Source: Fimicolochytrium jonesii
Taxonomy: Eukaryota
Direction of reading: 5' to 3'
DNA: 64,000 nucleotides
Assembly: GCF_025526975.1 (NCBI RefSeq)
Contig: NW_026515692.1
Coordinates: 310,001 to 374,000, forward strand
A model generated the notes under the pieces. That model saw nothing but the letters and a program-made list of their open reading frames with translations, had not been told where the DNA came from and made no database searches. The translations under genes were made by a program, and so were the position numbers. Positions 1 through 13,900 of the stretch are shown one piece after another. Numbering within the stretch: position 1 is the first letter of the stretch; each line of letters begins with the position of its first letter.

Positions 1-3000
1 TCGAGGCCGGTCGGAACGCGAAAAATGCTGTCGAGTCCCCGAAAAGCTGATGACCGCCTTGACCCTCCATCTTTACATCGGCGTCCACGGGAGGAGACGC
101 CGCGATGTCGGAATCGCTGTGTGGTGGCGCAATGTATTCACCACCTCCCATCATACGGTCTGTGCATAGATTCCGCGTCTCTTCATGGTCATCGCTGGAA
201 GACCGCCGCATGTCATGTATCGACATACCAACCTCCGGAGGGGCAGGAGGGTCGACGCCGGATGCGATCCTGACCTCGTCCCCCATCATTGTGTCCCCCC
301 CATCGCGAGACGTACGCCCAATATTCCTCATGTCCATGCCATCCAAGAAGTTTGTGATACCACCCATGGCAACCGACGACGGCGAGGGTACCTCCAGTCC
401 CATCGCGTTGAGCATCATCGGGCGAGGCGGCACCATATACGACGCTGTATCAATCCGATTGGTCTGGTTCAGCCCTCCCGACAACGGTGATTGGGGCCCG
501 ATCGGCATATGATGGTCGTAGGGGTGCCCCACAGGCCCCGCCCCGGGTAACGCGAATGAGTGACGGTGGGAATGTGATGCGAATGTGTTCGGTGGCATTC
601 GTAGAGGCCCCGGGTGTGATTGACGACGCGGCGCTACGGTCGTCGTTGTGTGCAATGGGGCCATCGCGTGCATTGCGGTTGCTTGCAATGGATTGGCCGG
701 CATCGGAATCTGGAAAGGTCTCAGAGGTCGCATCTGCTGGTTCTGCTCCAGTGGCAGTGGCGGCTGTTGTTGGATTGGCAACCCGCCAGCTATCTGCACA
801 GGCGCATTCACCATGCCCATCCCCGGATGTCCACGCTGTTGCACGTCGCTAACCACCCCCTCAACTCGCCTCACAAGGTCCAGCACGACCCTCTGGCTCT
901 CCACGAGCAGCCTCTCCAACCCCGCAACGCGCACCCGCAGATCAGCCTCCCGCTTCAAGGTCTCGGCTAACATAGTCGTCTGCGATTCAGACTGGCGCGT
1001 GAGATGCGCTGTCTGATGTTCGAGAGTGTAGGCGTGCGCTTCGAGCGTATGGATCTTGGACGCTTTCTTCTGACGGGAGCGGCGGGCGGCCTATGTTCGT
1101 GGTGCATGAGCAGGGAGGAGTTGCAGAGTCGGCACATACGGAGTCAGGCGAGGATGTGACGGAGGGAGAACAGAGGTCCTACCCATCCGCATCCCTGAAA
1201 GAGGACCCATGGCTACTCCCCCACACAGCCCGCATTCCACACCACACCAAGGACGGAACCGCACAATCCATTCCCAGCACATACCTCTGTATTCTTCGCC
1301 CGTCGTTTCTGCATATCATCCGACCCTGAAGGCGCTTTCACGTCATCTGCGTTCCCGCCTCCAACTTTCTCCCTCGGCTCCCCAACTGCATCGTCACCGG
1401 CCTTCATCTCCTCTTCCCCATCTTCTTCATCGCTATCTTCATCTTCTTCTGCCCATGGCGACTCGCTCACCGTGGATCTTGTGTGACCGCCCCGGGCTTT
1501 TGCCTTGAACATCGGTATTGTTGGGGTTATGGGTTGCGTTATGGGTATGGATATATGCAAAGGAGACGCTACCCGCACGCGTTTGGCAGTTGTCCGCCGG
1601 CCTGTGGTGGTTGAGACCGTACTGGTAGGTGGGTTGGCAGAAGTAGCGATGAGAGGTGCGATGCCCGATGTCGGCGGAGGTGTTGTCGTAGTTGCGGGCA
1701 ATACACCCCGCTTCCGCGCTCCAGGTGCCGGCGTCGGCGTCGTTTGAGAAAGGAACTCCTCATCATCCATCCCAGTTTTCTCAAGCTCGAGCTCACGCGC
1801 CGACACCGCGCGCGTATGGTACCGGTTTGACATCTGCGTATGCGGCGTCGAAAACACGTTTGCAGGGTGTCCGCCACCACGGCCGCGGCGTCGCTGAGCG
1901 GTCTGTGGAGTCATCGGGTCGGAGACGGCCTTCGGGGCTGCCGTGCCGGTTGGGGTCTTGGGTTTCCGGCCGCGTCCGCGAGTCGCGGGGATAGGCGGAG
2001 ACTGATGTGTGGTCGATGCAGTGAACAACCCCGCCGCCGTTGTCGATGTCGATGTGCTTGGGATTGGATCATCGTCGTAGGGCTGGATCTCGTCCGGATT
2101 GACGTTTGGGGGCGGCATGCTTGAAGACGTGGGCATCATCGGCATGCCGTGTGCTGGGACAGAGGTAGCATGCACATCGACCGGGAAGACCACCAGGGGG
2201 GTCTCCACTGCATCGGGCACTATCTGCGGTGGATTACGCAAGCCGAATGTTCCCCCAAATCTAGCGTCAGGTGGTCGTGGCGGTATATTCACACTCGAGC
2301 CCTTCCGCTGCTCAAATGGTCGGGCAGGCGCCGATGAGGGAAGGGGAACCGGGTCCATTAAGAGATTGTGGTACGGATGGGTGTGTGGCTGGATGGGCGA
2401 AGGTATCACGGAAATCTGCATCAAATGCGTTGTAGACGGTGGGACGTACGGTGGCGGGATTGGTGTCTTTGATGGTAGGGTGGCTGATGAGGGTATCGGG
2501 ATGCTACCGACGGATGCACCCGACACCCCAAATGGCGCTACCACAGTTGGCGGCGCATATTCTTCCAGCACCGGTGGTACAGTCGGAGGTATGGTATGCG
2601 GCGCAGGAAAGCGTGGCAGGGGATCAACGCCGCTGGGCCGTTCCATAATCATCGCATGCGAGCCAAAAATCGGTGTGGGCACGGGTGTCGTTCCATCCTG
2701 GTCCAGATCGCGTGGAAGCGGCAGGGGCAGTGACAATGGAAGTGTAGGTGGATGTGGTGTCGTAAGCGGCAGCACGGCGGGACTACTGATCCCGTTTGTG
2801 GCGGCATGATCTACGGGTGCTGTGAAAAGCGGGGGGACGGTTGACACCGGTCCAGCGCTCGACAAATCGTTGATGTTCGTAGGCGAGCCCGGATGCAACC
2901 TCATTGTGTCGAACACATCCGCTTGAGTGTGGTACTGCATCTGCACGGGCACAGGTACGTTCACAGATCCAGGCGCCGTGAACAAAAACGTGCCATCAGC

Positions 3001-3873
3001 AGGAGTATATCCGCCCGGCTGACTAGTCTCGATGAAATCGAATTCACCCATGCGTATCCCCGCATGCGTAAGAGGACTAGGTGCTCTATCGTCGCCACCG
3101 AGGAGTGCATGGAGTTCCCCGGACGTCAAGGGTGGTTGCGACCGCACCACAGCACCCGGATCCATGGGAGGGAACGGGAAGTGCATCCCGGGAGCCAACG
3201 GCGTGTGGCCCAGTGTGCTCGGGTAGGACGACATGGGCGTTGGTGTCTCGTCATTGTAATCCCACCCGGTCGTGTGGAGCAGTGCGTACCCATCATCATC
3301 GAAATGCGATGCAGCGGCGAGGTTGCGCGGATACGTTGGCATCACATCCATTGCCATAGGCACCGATATCCCGCCTGGTCGCAAAACCTCACCTATCCTC
3401 TCAGAAGCCGGTGGGGCATGGCTCATCGTTCTGGCACCATGTACCTCATCTTCATCAAGATCCGGGTGCATTCCGTGCACACCGCTCTGCTCGTCTACTC
3501 CCGCATACGCACTGGCAACACCGATGCCGCTCGCATGTCCAGCGCAGCGAGGGTCCCGCGCCAAAGGTACGTCCATTTCCCGGTCCATTTCCAGCTCCGT
3601 CTCACTCGCCTGCACATCCTCCGCGCTCGGCAACGATGTCTCAGATTCCCCAACGGAGCTAGTATTGATGAAGTCAAATTGTTTTGACGACGTGGGCATC
3701 TCGTAGTCCTGCGCGTGTGGGTCCGGCATCGGTGACGGTTGTTCGCCCGCTTTGATGGCCTTGCCGCGTTTGCGCCGGGTGTGGTGGGAAGACGCGGATG
3801 CTTGTGCTTCGGACGGTAATGGCGGATTGGATACGTCGTGTGCACGGCCGGGGTGCGTTTTGCGTTTTCCCAT
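1..3873 (-). CDS. GCN4/CPC-1-like bZIP transcription factor, long Pro/Thr-rich N-terminus; 3' end runs off window
   Basis: Exon 3873..1285 (probable start MGKRK at 3873) ends ...DDMQKRRAKNTE. Intron 1284..1091 (GTATGT...CATAG). Exon 1090..<1 continues AARRSRQKKASKIHTLEAHAYTLEHQTAHL... The spliced basic region KRRAKNTEAARRSRQKK matches the GCN4-type KRxxNTEAARRSR signature and is followed by a leucine heptad. AT-hook-like RGRGRKPK upstream. Confidence 0.85.
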
Positions 3874-6800
3874 CTGTTCCGAAGTTTTTCTTTGAAATTT
3901 TCGATTTGCTGTGGGATGGGGATTAGCAAACACGAGTGGGTGGATGTCTCCCACGGGCGCCGGTTCTTGACTCACCTCGAAACTAAGAAAGAAGAGATTC
4001 AGAATGTATGCCGGTTTCAGATGACAGCAGATCTGTTCGCAGAGAGGAAGGTGAACGAGAACAAAGGCGAGTGTTAGAGCCGATGCTGTCGAACAAGCGC
4101 AAGTATCGATGTCTCCGCATCGCACGCTTTCATCACGGAGCCTCCGCCGGCACTGCGCACGATAGGCCGCACTTAAATGCCGTCGATGGAGGATCGGTCG
4201 CGGGGTTGAGAAGCGCACCCCTGGTGTCCGTAATGCCCGACTACCATCCCTGGTAGGCGAAGAATTCTTGGACCCGGCCTGCGCCTAACTTTCACCAATC
4301 CTACTCAGGTGCCGGGCCGCCGGCCATGGTTCTGAGAAGGAGTACTTCTCCGGAGAAACGGAGCTGCGCAGCCTAAGCCTCATCTCACATCCCATCCCAT
4401 CCCATCCCATCCTTTTCGAAAAAACAATTAGGGTTTTCGAAAAATCTCCCATTCATCTCCGACCGGCGGATGGCGAAGAGATGGAAAGGCTTTGAAAGAA
4501 AGCCACATCTCGCGTAGAGGATCGGGGCATGTCCCTTCCTTCCTTCCTTCCCGCTACCGCCTATCCGTGCTCACCCCACCCCAACATTACCCCACAGCGT
4601 ACCTTGCTGAAGATCAGACCCTGGTAGATCAATCGCCCGGTGGATGGGGTCCGGGATCGGAGGTTGTGGAACAATCCTGCGGAGTCTCGGTCCGGTAGCT
4701 GAGACTCTTCCCTGTCGTGATGGGAAGGGCTCGAAGGATTGCGAATGGGATGAGTGATAATCCGAACGGAAGCCTGGGTATGACGGTCGAAAACGAGAAA
4801 AGGGATGGGAACGATTATGGTGAGGTGCGGATTCAATGGAAAGGGAGAAAAGGCGCGAATCAAGGAGTTTGGAGAAAGGGGATGATTTTGCGGAGCCTCC
4901 CCCATGATATATCTGACCATGCCGTGAGGAGTGGAGAGGCAGTGTGTTCGTCAACTTCGTAAAACCATCAAGACACCATAATCTCCACTAGTTCGTCAAC
5001 GTGGGTGTGGAGAGGCTTACAATCGATCTTTGGCAGATTGTATGACGGGGAGACTGGAAGTAGAACCACGCCAACAGAAATCCATGCATCCCTTCCCATC
5101 GTCCTGACTGTCTTAGCGGCTTACCGAAAATTCTGCCTCTGCCTCTGAGCGCTACTCCGTTGAGAAACAGTTTGAATATGTGTATCAATCGCACGACGCA
5201 GAGAAACGGCAGGAGGAAGACTGGGTTGTCGGGACAAACGGCACTCAGCTAGAACACCTCCCCATCTCTTTGCAGATCCTGTTCTGACGAACCGAATGAT
5301 AAGACTTATGGAAATGGGGCCGAGGAAGCCATGGATTCCCATATCTTGGCTGGTGGGGAATGATGGGAACATCGCCGCCGGTCTATTCCTGACTCACTTG
5401 CGTGCTGTCAATAGTGTCAGTTACGGATTCGAAATTTCCCCGTTGACATTATCGCTATGGCCCGACCGCCCCCCCCCCCCCCCAATTCTACTCCCGAGAA
5501 GCCAATGCCGTGGCATCCTCATATGGATAATGGGGTTCCAGCATATCCCCAATTTGACGGGACGCATCACTTTGCTCTCCACAGTTAAATGGACGACGAG
5601 CTATCCCCCGTTCCCTGCACCGGAGACATGCCGCTTCTGTTGGCGCACGTGCGGCTGGAGAATGGCAAAAAGGCGAAAGGGCCGGGGAATCAGCAATTAC
5701 CAGGGGAAACCTGCCGGCGTCTGACCACGGTTCAGATTGCAATGTCGCTCAAGTCGGTGGATCTGTCGGCCCTATCTTAACCCAATGTGCCTTCCCGACA
5801 ATGAACTCTCTTGCAAAGTTCGACAGCGCGTCTCCGTCCGCGTAAACTGTCAATGCATTTGCTCGGCTCTTCCGTGACCGCAGGCAAAGCAGAATGAACC
5901 ATCGCTTCTCCTCACTTGACATTCAGCTATTGGGCTAGAGAAGGAACGGCGCCGAGAACAAAACCGAACCGGACACCAACGAAACGAACGGGGCGAGGCT
6001 TGATGAGGATGCGCTCCCCGCTAAAACAGTGAAGAGACTCAACGTCGCCACGCTGTGTTGTACTGTACCAAGAAACTTGACCCATGGGCGATATTGAATC
6101 GGCATCCCATTCCTTGCGCATTTACCAGGAGCGCCTTGCCTGCCGGGGCAGAACTCCCGAAAATTCACAGCGCGCCAGCCCTGTCAGTGTGTTCATATTC
6201 CTCCAGGATTTTCGTCCGTACAGTAGGAAAAACTTTGCTTGATTATGACTGTAATCTCCCTTGAACACCAAAAACCAGTGCGGCTGATACCTCTCCGTCG
6301 GAAACAAAGGTCGAGCTGTAGGCTTGAAAAAGGAGACAGTATAGATGCACAACCTGATCGGAACGTCAAGTTCGTTGCCAAACGTGCGACGAGACTGATC
6401 GACGACCTACAGTATACATCGGCATGAACTTTTGGTGCACGGGGGGGGTCTGGCCCTCAGCTCTAGTGAGAGTAAGGAGTTGTCACCTATATGATTTCCA
6501 TACGAGAGTGTCTTTTCCTTCCTTCGCCGACAGCGCGTTTTTAATCGAAGTGGACACGTGACTCCGTGTGTCCGATTTCTTTTCTCTTTCCTTTCCGCCT
6601 CTCCGTGCGTCCTCGGAGTCCTTCTGTCCAACCACGGCCATCATCGTCAGCGACCTTATTCCATGCCCTTTTGTACCCGTACCAGCGAATACTGGTTGTT
6701 TCGCACCGGTATCACCGTCGCCAACTTTTAAATCATCGCCAGCATGGGAACAACTCCAAACCCGCATGGGCAGCAGGCCACATGAGGGGTGGGTGGGTGG

Positions 6801-7751
6801 CTTCTGAATCTGGGTGCAGGGTCATGAGGGGGGGCATTTAACAACTATCCAAGGAATGCAAGCATCAGGATTGAGCAGGAACAGTAGTATCTACTAGTAT
6901 GCAGCTTGCGGATATGCAGCTTGCGGCGGCAGTCTCCCTTCTCTCTCTGTCCCGACTCCGTGATTTCGCCATAGCGGCACAAGCGTGAGAAGCTTTTGCG
7001 TCTCCCTGCATACCGCATATTGCATCTTTCGCCGTCCTTCAAATTCAGGCAACATTTTTACCGCAGACCGGAGAAAGACTTTCCTCTCTTATCATATTAC
7101 CGCTCCAACTGCGAAAATATTCCCATACCAGGTGGTGCAAGGTCTGTCGTTCTTGTCCCCCGCTTCCGCCGCCCGCTGCATCAACTCCTCTCAAGTAACT
7201 TGAACGTTGGTGTTGAACAACGTCTTGCGGCCGTCCAATTGGTAAAAGCACCCACCGATCATCCTTGTCCTTCACCCCAAATCCTCGGACCAGGTCTCTC
7301 GCTCTCTCTCGTTATTGCAAGGTAGTGAAGCCTCACCTCGTCTCAGCCGAACGCCCGCAGCCTTGCCGCTGCCCTCCTTCCCCAAGCTCACACACCTCGA
7401 CTCGAGACTCGTACAGCCAGTTTCAACCCTCACCTTACAACAACTCCCAAAGGTGTTCCCGAGGATAGGATAGCGGCTGGCCGACTACTATTCTCTTCGA
7501 ATATCTCCGCGAACGGAGCTCGCAAGAAAGGCTTTGCACGGGCAGAAAACGAGCGCTTCTCGCCTCAATCCATTTTCTCGCCTCCCTTTTTTTTCACGCC
7601 CGGCTGGTCCATTGCGAGCTTTCACCTCCCCCGAAAGTGCGGTGCTAGTTTCGGTGTCTGTTCTATAGCTTGGACGTAGCGTCGGCACTGGACAACGGGA
7701 TCGCCTTCACCTCCCACTTCACACCTCCCCCCATTTCACACCTCGCCCAAC

Positions 7752-9989
7752 ATGGACACCCCCCTCCTAATCCTCCTCATAACCTTCGGCATCTCGGTCC
7801 TCCTCGCCCTGGAGCTGATCGCCATCTTCACCCGTGTCAAACGCAACCTCACCCTCCGCGTGTGGGCAGGGTTCACTATCCTCTATGCTTTGATCGTTTT
7901 TGCGGGCAATATTGCGACGGGTGGGGAGGGCAATGTGCCGGGGAGCAAGAAGGCCTTGAGTGATGGGGTTTGTGCAGGGCAGGCGTTGGTCATCCTTTAT
8001 TTGATTAGTGTTATGTGAGTAGTGAGAGAGCGGAGTGGGGCCGGCGATAGCGAGGGGAAATGCTTGAGGTTCGGAGCGAAGCGAAGAGAAATCGACAGCC
8101 AGCGAGTCCAATTGCGCTAGAGTCCGAGCCAAGCGAGTGAGGATGGCTCTCTGCAACGAGCGAAGCGACGTGCAGGGTTGATTCGGTCTGGGAGACCGAG
8201 AGGGCGAACATCGCAAACGCTTCGCGAGTTCCTTACGCCAAAGGCGCAATACACCTAACCACGGCTCTTAGCGAGACTCAGCGAGCGTCAGATCTTTTGC
8301 GAGCGAAGCGAGCAGCTCCCGCCAATCAACACTTAGCGTCGATGGGTTGACGACATTCATTCATTCACTCACCAACATCATGTTTTCCCCCCTATGAATC
8401 CTTAGATACGCGCTCAACTTCTTCATCACCTTCAACGTCTGGTCCGCCGTCTGCTCGACCAAATTCCGGGACCGTGAATCCCGTCGTTTCCCAATCTACC
8501 TCACCAGCTCACTCATCGTCGCGGCCATCCCCACCGCCGTCGTCGCCTACTTCAACATCCAGAAAATGAATTCCGCGGTACCCGTGATGGTGCCCGTGCC
8601 CGTCCCCGGCGCCCCCGCGGGCACCACCGTCATGATGCCCATAATCCCCGAGCCCGGTTTCGCCTTCTTGGGAAGTTATTGCCAGCCCGTCTATCCCGTC
8701 AAATCCTTTATCTACGGCCCCATGTGGTACAATGGCCTCTCCACGCTCGCGTGTGTGGCGATGATCCTCCACGCCGGCGGAAAACTCATCGTGTACCGTA
8801 GTCAGATGAGCACGAACAATGAGAGCACGAGCGGAGGTGTTGGCAAGAGCAGCCGCGGCGGCACGTCCCCGAACTCCAGCGCGACGATCAGTAAAGCGAT
8901 GTGTGTCAGGTTTGGAGTGTGGGTGGTTGTTTTCTTGGTGGTGGTTGTGATTGCGAACTGGAAGTATGTGGAGGCGGTGGCGAATAATAAGTTTATGACT
9001 GCGGACCCGAGACATATTCCGGTTACGTTTTATGCTGGTGAGTTTCTGTCACATCATATTCCCTTTCAGTTTGCTCCCGAATGTGAATCTAAAATTATGA
9101 CCCAGGCGCCATCCTCGGCCTCGCCGCCTACCTCGTCTTCGGCACCGGCCGCGCCGCCTTCATGGCCTCCACGCCCTACGCGATCTACAAGCACTTCACC
9201 AACCGTTCCTCGCGCTCCTCAACAACCTCCGGCCGCCGCCCCTCCAACTTCTCCACCTCCTCCTACAACCCCACATCCTCCACTATCCACAACACCCGCG
9301 TCAACACCAAAGCGGTCGAGAACGACGGCTACGACATGCGCGCGTACTACCTCGACCAGTCCGCGAAATCCGGCGGTGCAGCAAGAGAGACGTATGGCGT
9401 TACCCGTGAGCAGGACGGGTTGAGTTACCCGGCCGTCGCGGCCGCTCGGCAGTACCCCGTGTATGATTACACCAACGATGAGCAGGAGTACTACGCCCCT
9501 TCTCAGGTGGCTTCCCCGCACCAGGACGGGTACAACGACTACCCCCGCTACACCAACAACGGATCCCAACAGCATCTCACGCGCGCGACGACTCCCGCGA
9601 CGACCACCAACGCGACCAATGTATCGTACTACGATGATGTGTACGACTCCCAGTCCACCACAGCGTTCCACAATCCCACACCGAACCCATCCAACCGCTC
9701 CATCCGCTCACCCACCCCCGTGCGCTCCAACACCGGGAATGCGTCCGAGCTCGCGTACATGACCACCGGACCCGCGTACGGGTACACGTCGCCGACGAGT
9801 GTATCCCAGAGCGCGAGGGGCGGCAGTGAGCGGGGAGGAGGGTATGGCAGCGAACGAGGCGGGAGTGAACGCGGAGGCAGGGCGCAGTACGGGGTTGCGA
9901 GGGAGAGTGAGGACGGTGCGTATGGACAGGGCGGGTACAGCCAGCAGGGGCAGGGGTATGGACAGGGCGGGTATGGATATGGCCGGTAG
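7752..9989 (+). CDS. 7-transmembrane GPCR-like protein (cAMP-receptor/frizzled-like topology) with a long Tyr/Gly/Ser-rich cytoplasmic tail, about 592 aa
   Basis: Exons 7752-8014, 8406-9037, 9106-9989 (1779 nt, frame kept across GT-AG introns). Seven hydrophobic segments; Cys at the start of TM3 (VCAGQAL), Cys in ECL2 (GSYCQP), TM7 ends AYLVFGT. No large N-terminal ectodomain. Confidence 0.75.
8126..8314 (+). repeat. Intronic GAGCGAAGCGA-rich dispersed element, copy A (GPCR intron 1, 8015-8405)
   Basis: Aligns by eye over about 190 nt to 11409-11602; identical 29-mer GCGTCAGATCTTTTGCGAGCGAAGCGAGC at 8285-8313 and 11574-11602. Confidence 0.85.
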
Positions 9990-10935
9990 ATGATGGGTAT
10001 AGCCCAGCCCCCGGCTCGAACGGATCCCCGAATCGAACTATCAGCTGCTGATGGCCACCACGCATCCCCTCACACGCATTCACACCCCCGACGCTCCAGC
10101 GGGCGCCTGGGAACATTGGTTCTCAACCCACTTTCGTAACCCATTCGTTCATCCCGCGTTCATTCATTCATCACACATCCGGTTTGCGACATCCCCCTTC
10201 ATGGACATATCATGCGCCCCCTACAGCGGCGTACCCATTCCATCCATCACCCCCCATGTAGTTTTATTTTTCGGTTGTTTTCTGATTCTCCTTTGGTTTT
10301 TGCTTGTTTCTCGAATGCGCTGGGCGTACTGTAGTGATTTTTTTCTTTTTTCTGTGGGGTTTCTTTTTTTGCGTAATTAGGTTTTTAGTAGTTGGGGGTT
10401 GTGTCCCCCATGTAGAAAAACAGAGAGTTTTTGTTTGTTTTCCAAGCTCTTTTTTTCATGGTAGAAAATGTTGCAATGCATATCCCGTCATACACTTTAG
10501 TTGGACGGTCGGTTGGGAGGAGCGGATACTGTATGATAGGTTGAGAAGAAGAAAAAGAAGTCACGTGCGCCGCATGAATCAATTAAAACGCGCTGTCGAA
10601 CTTTCGGAGTCACCGTCTACATGGCACTAAGTAACGCGAACAGGGGGTCGGAAGGGGGGGCAGATACTCAACAGGCAGCACGACACAAATGCACAGCGTA
10701 ACAGGCGAACGCCCGCCCGGCTGTCACATTCATCTTTGTCACGAACTAAAAAGACGATATTGGCTGGCTTTGGTCTCGCGGCCCGTGTTCGCCGAATTCG
10801 TGTTGGGATAGTCGCGGATTCAGGAGTGGGTGCTAGCCAAGTCATACGCAGAGGGGAAGGTATACTGTCCCGAAACGTTGAAAAGTGTGAAAGGCAAGAC
10901 AACACACCAAAAGGAGGAATTGAAACCCACACGAG

Positions 10936-13900
10936 ATGTTCATCGAACGGGTCGCTGAGCTGGGCCTTCTCGAGCATGCCATCGGTAAGCGTGTGGGGTT
11001 TGGTTCACATGATCCCGCCGTCGTCGGTCTAACTACGCGACCTCCCACACCACCCAGACACAAACATCCTATCCGCCTTCCCGCTCCCGACCCGCCTCAC
11101 CCTCATCTCCTCCGTGACCTCCTGCCTGCTGCCCAACTCCACGCTCGTCGCGGCCCCACCGGCGCTGCTCACGTCCGCCGCGCATGTGCGGTGGGCTATG
11201 GAGGTTGTGGGGCAGGGGTTTGCGTTGCCGATTGAGGAGTGGGGGGTTATTAGGGCGTGTTTGGGGGTTTATGCGAGTTGGCTGGGGGGTGGGAATGGGG
11301 AGGTCGGGGGTGCTCCCGTGGCGATTGGGGAATTGACGGGGACGGAGGTTGAGCAGAGGTTTTGGCAGGTGCGTTTCATGCGAGAGGAGTGAGGGAGAGC
11401 GAGAGGGGAGCGAGTGACTGCAGTTGTTTGCGGCGAGCAAAGCGAGGTGCAGGGTTTGAAGCCGGTCTGGGAGGCCGAGCGTAGCGAGGTCGACCAGGGC
11501 GTGCTTTCGCGAGCGAGTTCCTTGCGCGAAAGGCCCAAATACCCCTAATCACGGCCTTAGCGAACTCCGGAGTGCGTCAGATCTTTTGCGAGCGAAGCGA
11601 GCTACGTTCCCCCACCGCAGCCCAACATCCTTGTCGGCGCGGAGCGACCAGGGTGTTGTTCAATCAACCAACACCCATCCAACCATCCATCCAGACGTCG
11701 CTTCGCTTCATTCAGTTCATATCAGCATGTCCAATTGTTACTGACCCTTTTCTTCTCTCTGGCAGACAATCTTCGAACAACTCTCCCTCCTCTTCCAACC
11801 ACGCTCCCCCACCCTCCCCACAACAGCCGCAGCAACGTCGCCCCCACCAAGCTTCCCCGCGCCACTGGCTCCCCCACCCAATCTCGGCTCCGCAACAGAC
11901 CCCACCGACCTGCTCAGCATTCACGTCGACCTCTGCCACACGGCCCTCTCCATAATCTCCACCGCGGCCCGACAGCTTGGGGAAGAGTTCTCGGAGGAGA
12001 CGTGGATTGTGCTGTTGAAGGTTATGTTGGGGGTTGCGGATTGTTTGTTGGGCTTGCCGGTGGGGAGCCAACAGCCATCTCATCAGCATGGCGAGACGGG
12101 GAGGGGGAATGAGAGGGAACGGGAGAAGAGGGAAGCGACGGATTTGGGAACCTATGGACCGAGGATGGCCGATGCTCTCTGCCAGCACCTCATCCGCGTG
12201 CTCATCGAGTTATGGTTACGTGCTGGAGTCCGACGAGTCTACATGTGGGATTGTCTCAAGGTGCGTCAGAACAGACAGCCCATGGAAGAGGGAAGCAAAA
12301 GCTGATGGTGTGTTTACAGAAATACTTCACAACATGGACACACCGCCTCCCCATCCTGCACCAATGGAACGCGACCATCCTCGGGCTCACCAAACGGGTT
12401 GTTGGGCTGTTGTATGGGACGAATGAGGGGGCTGAGAGGGTTGTTATTGATGTGTGGGTACTGGTTTCACGGAGACAGTTGGCGGCGGGGGGTGGGGTGG
12501 GAAGGGGGCTTACCTGGCGGTTGCGGAAATGCGGTACTGATTTCCATTTTCGGGCCCATGTCTTTTTGCAGCGACGAGAACTACAACGTGACGCTCGTAC
12601 TCGACACCGAATTCGTGTATTACGCGTGGCATCGCACGATCTGTAAGGCCTCATTTACGCTCGCAAACAGAGACGGTGGAAAGCTATTGGGAACTCTGCC
12701 ACTGACCCGGAGTCTGCTCCATTTGCAGATCTGATAGGAGACCCTAATGCGCTGCTAGCGGCGAATTTCGAGGTTGCTGTTAAGGTATGCGCAGGGGAGA
12801 AATCCACGTTGCTCTATCGCGTGGCATAGACCGGAGAAGCGTGATGGCTCATGAATAATTCTTGTTTGTGTTGACCGCATTCGCAGGGCATTGGCGCTGT
12901 CGTGCACGTATGGCATCGGATTGGGGGTGATGAAGAGCCTGCCGTGAGTCAACACATACATGCGGGATTCGTGCTCTGTGTTGAAGGATAACTGATGGGT
13001 TTCGGTAACAGGACCGCCACACCCCCGGCGTGCCTGACGGCAGCACCTTGCTGCATATGTTTGGGACGTGGTTGTTTGAGGCGACGACCAAGACGGGGTC
13101 CGAGTACGTTGCTCGTTTCATGTGGATTATCGTTGTCGCGGTGAGGGAAGCTAAAAGAGAGGTCATTGGTTATGCGATAGTTACTCGGCGGGAAGGGCAG
13201 AAGCCCTCGGCATCCTTTGCCGCATCTTCTGCCAACCGCAGCGGCGACGGCGGTTTGAGCGGACGTATCTGGAACGCTTCTACACGGCAGTGAAAGAGGT
13301 ATTGTTGTGTAATCGTTTTCACATCGCATACAACCGTTCTGCCCCTTTCGCCTCGTTTCCCCCTCCTCCCCGGGAAGCATGGAAGCATACTCAAATCTAC
13401 AATCTCTTTTTTACGATGGATTGTTCTTAGGGTCTCCGCAACGACACCCGCGCCATAACCTCCATCCTCCTCAACAGCGGCACCCTCTTTGCGCGCGACC
13501 TCTCCGGCTCCCGCATCCTCGTCCCCGATTTCGTCATCGCCTTACGTCGTATCTTACCCCGTCCTGCCTCCCATAATACCCCTGCCCATCAAAATGCCCC
13601 CCATCCCCAACAACAGAAATCAACCGCGACAGCAGTAAACGACGGAATCCTCCGGCGCGCGGCATATACGGTGATCGGATGCATCATCGCACTGCCCAAT
13701 CATTTCGAGAGTGTCCCGTTGAGCCAGGCGTGGATGGGGTATGATAAGTATGTTGGGGCCGCGGCGGGGATGGGGGTGGGGAAAGGAGGGGAGGATGCGT
13801 TGCTTTTGCGGACGGTGAGTTTTGGAGATGACCTGAGCATGGAGAGCGGGAGATGGGACGTTGACGATGTTTTGGTGTAGATTAAGGCAATGTATGCGAA

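Noticed and set aside
3874..4218. In-frame N-terminal extension of the bZIP ORF from a non-AUG start
   Set aside because: Not protein-like, and a likely 67-nt 5'UTR intron (3975..3909) would break the frame; kept only as a possibility.
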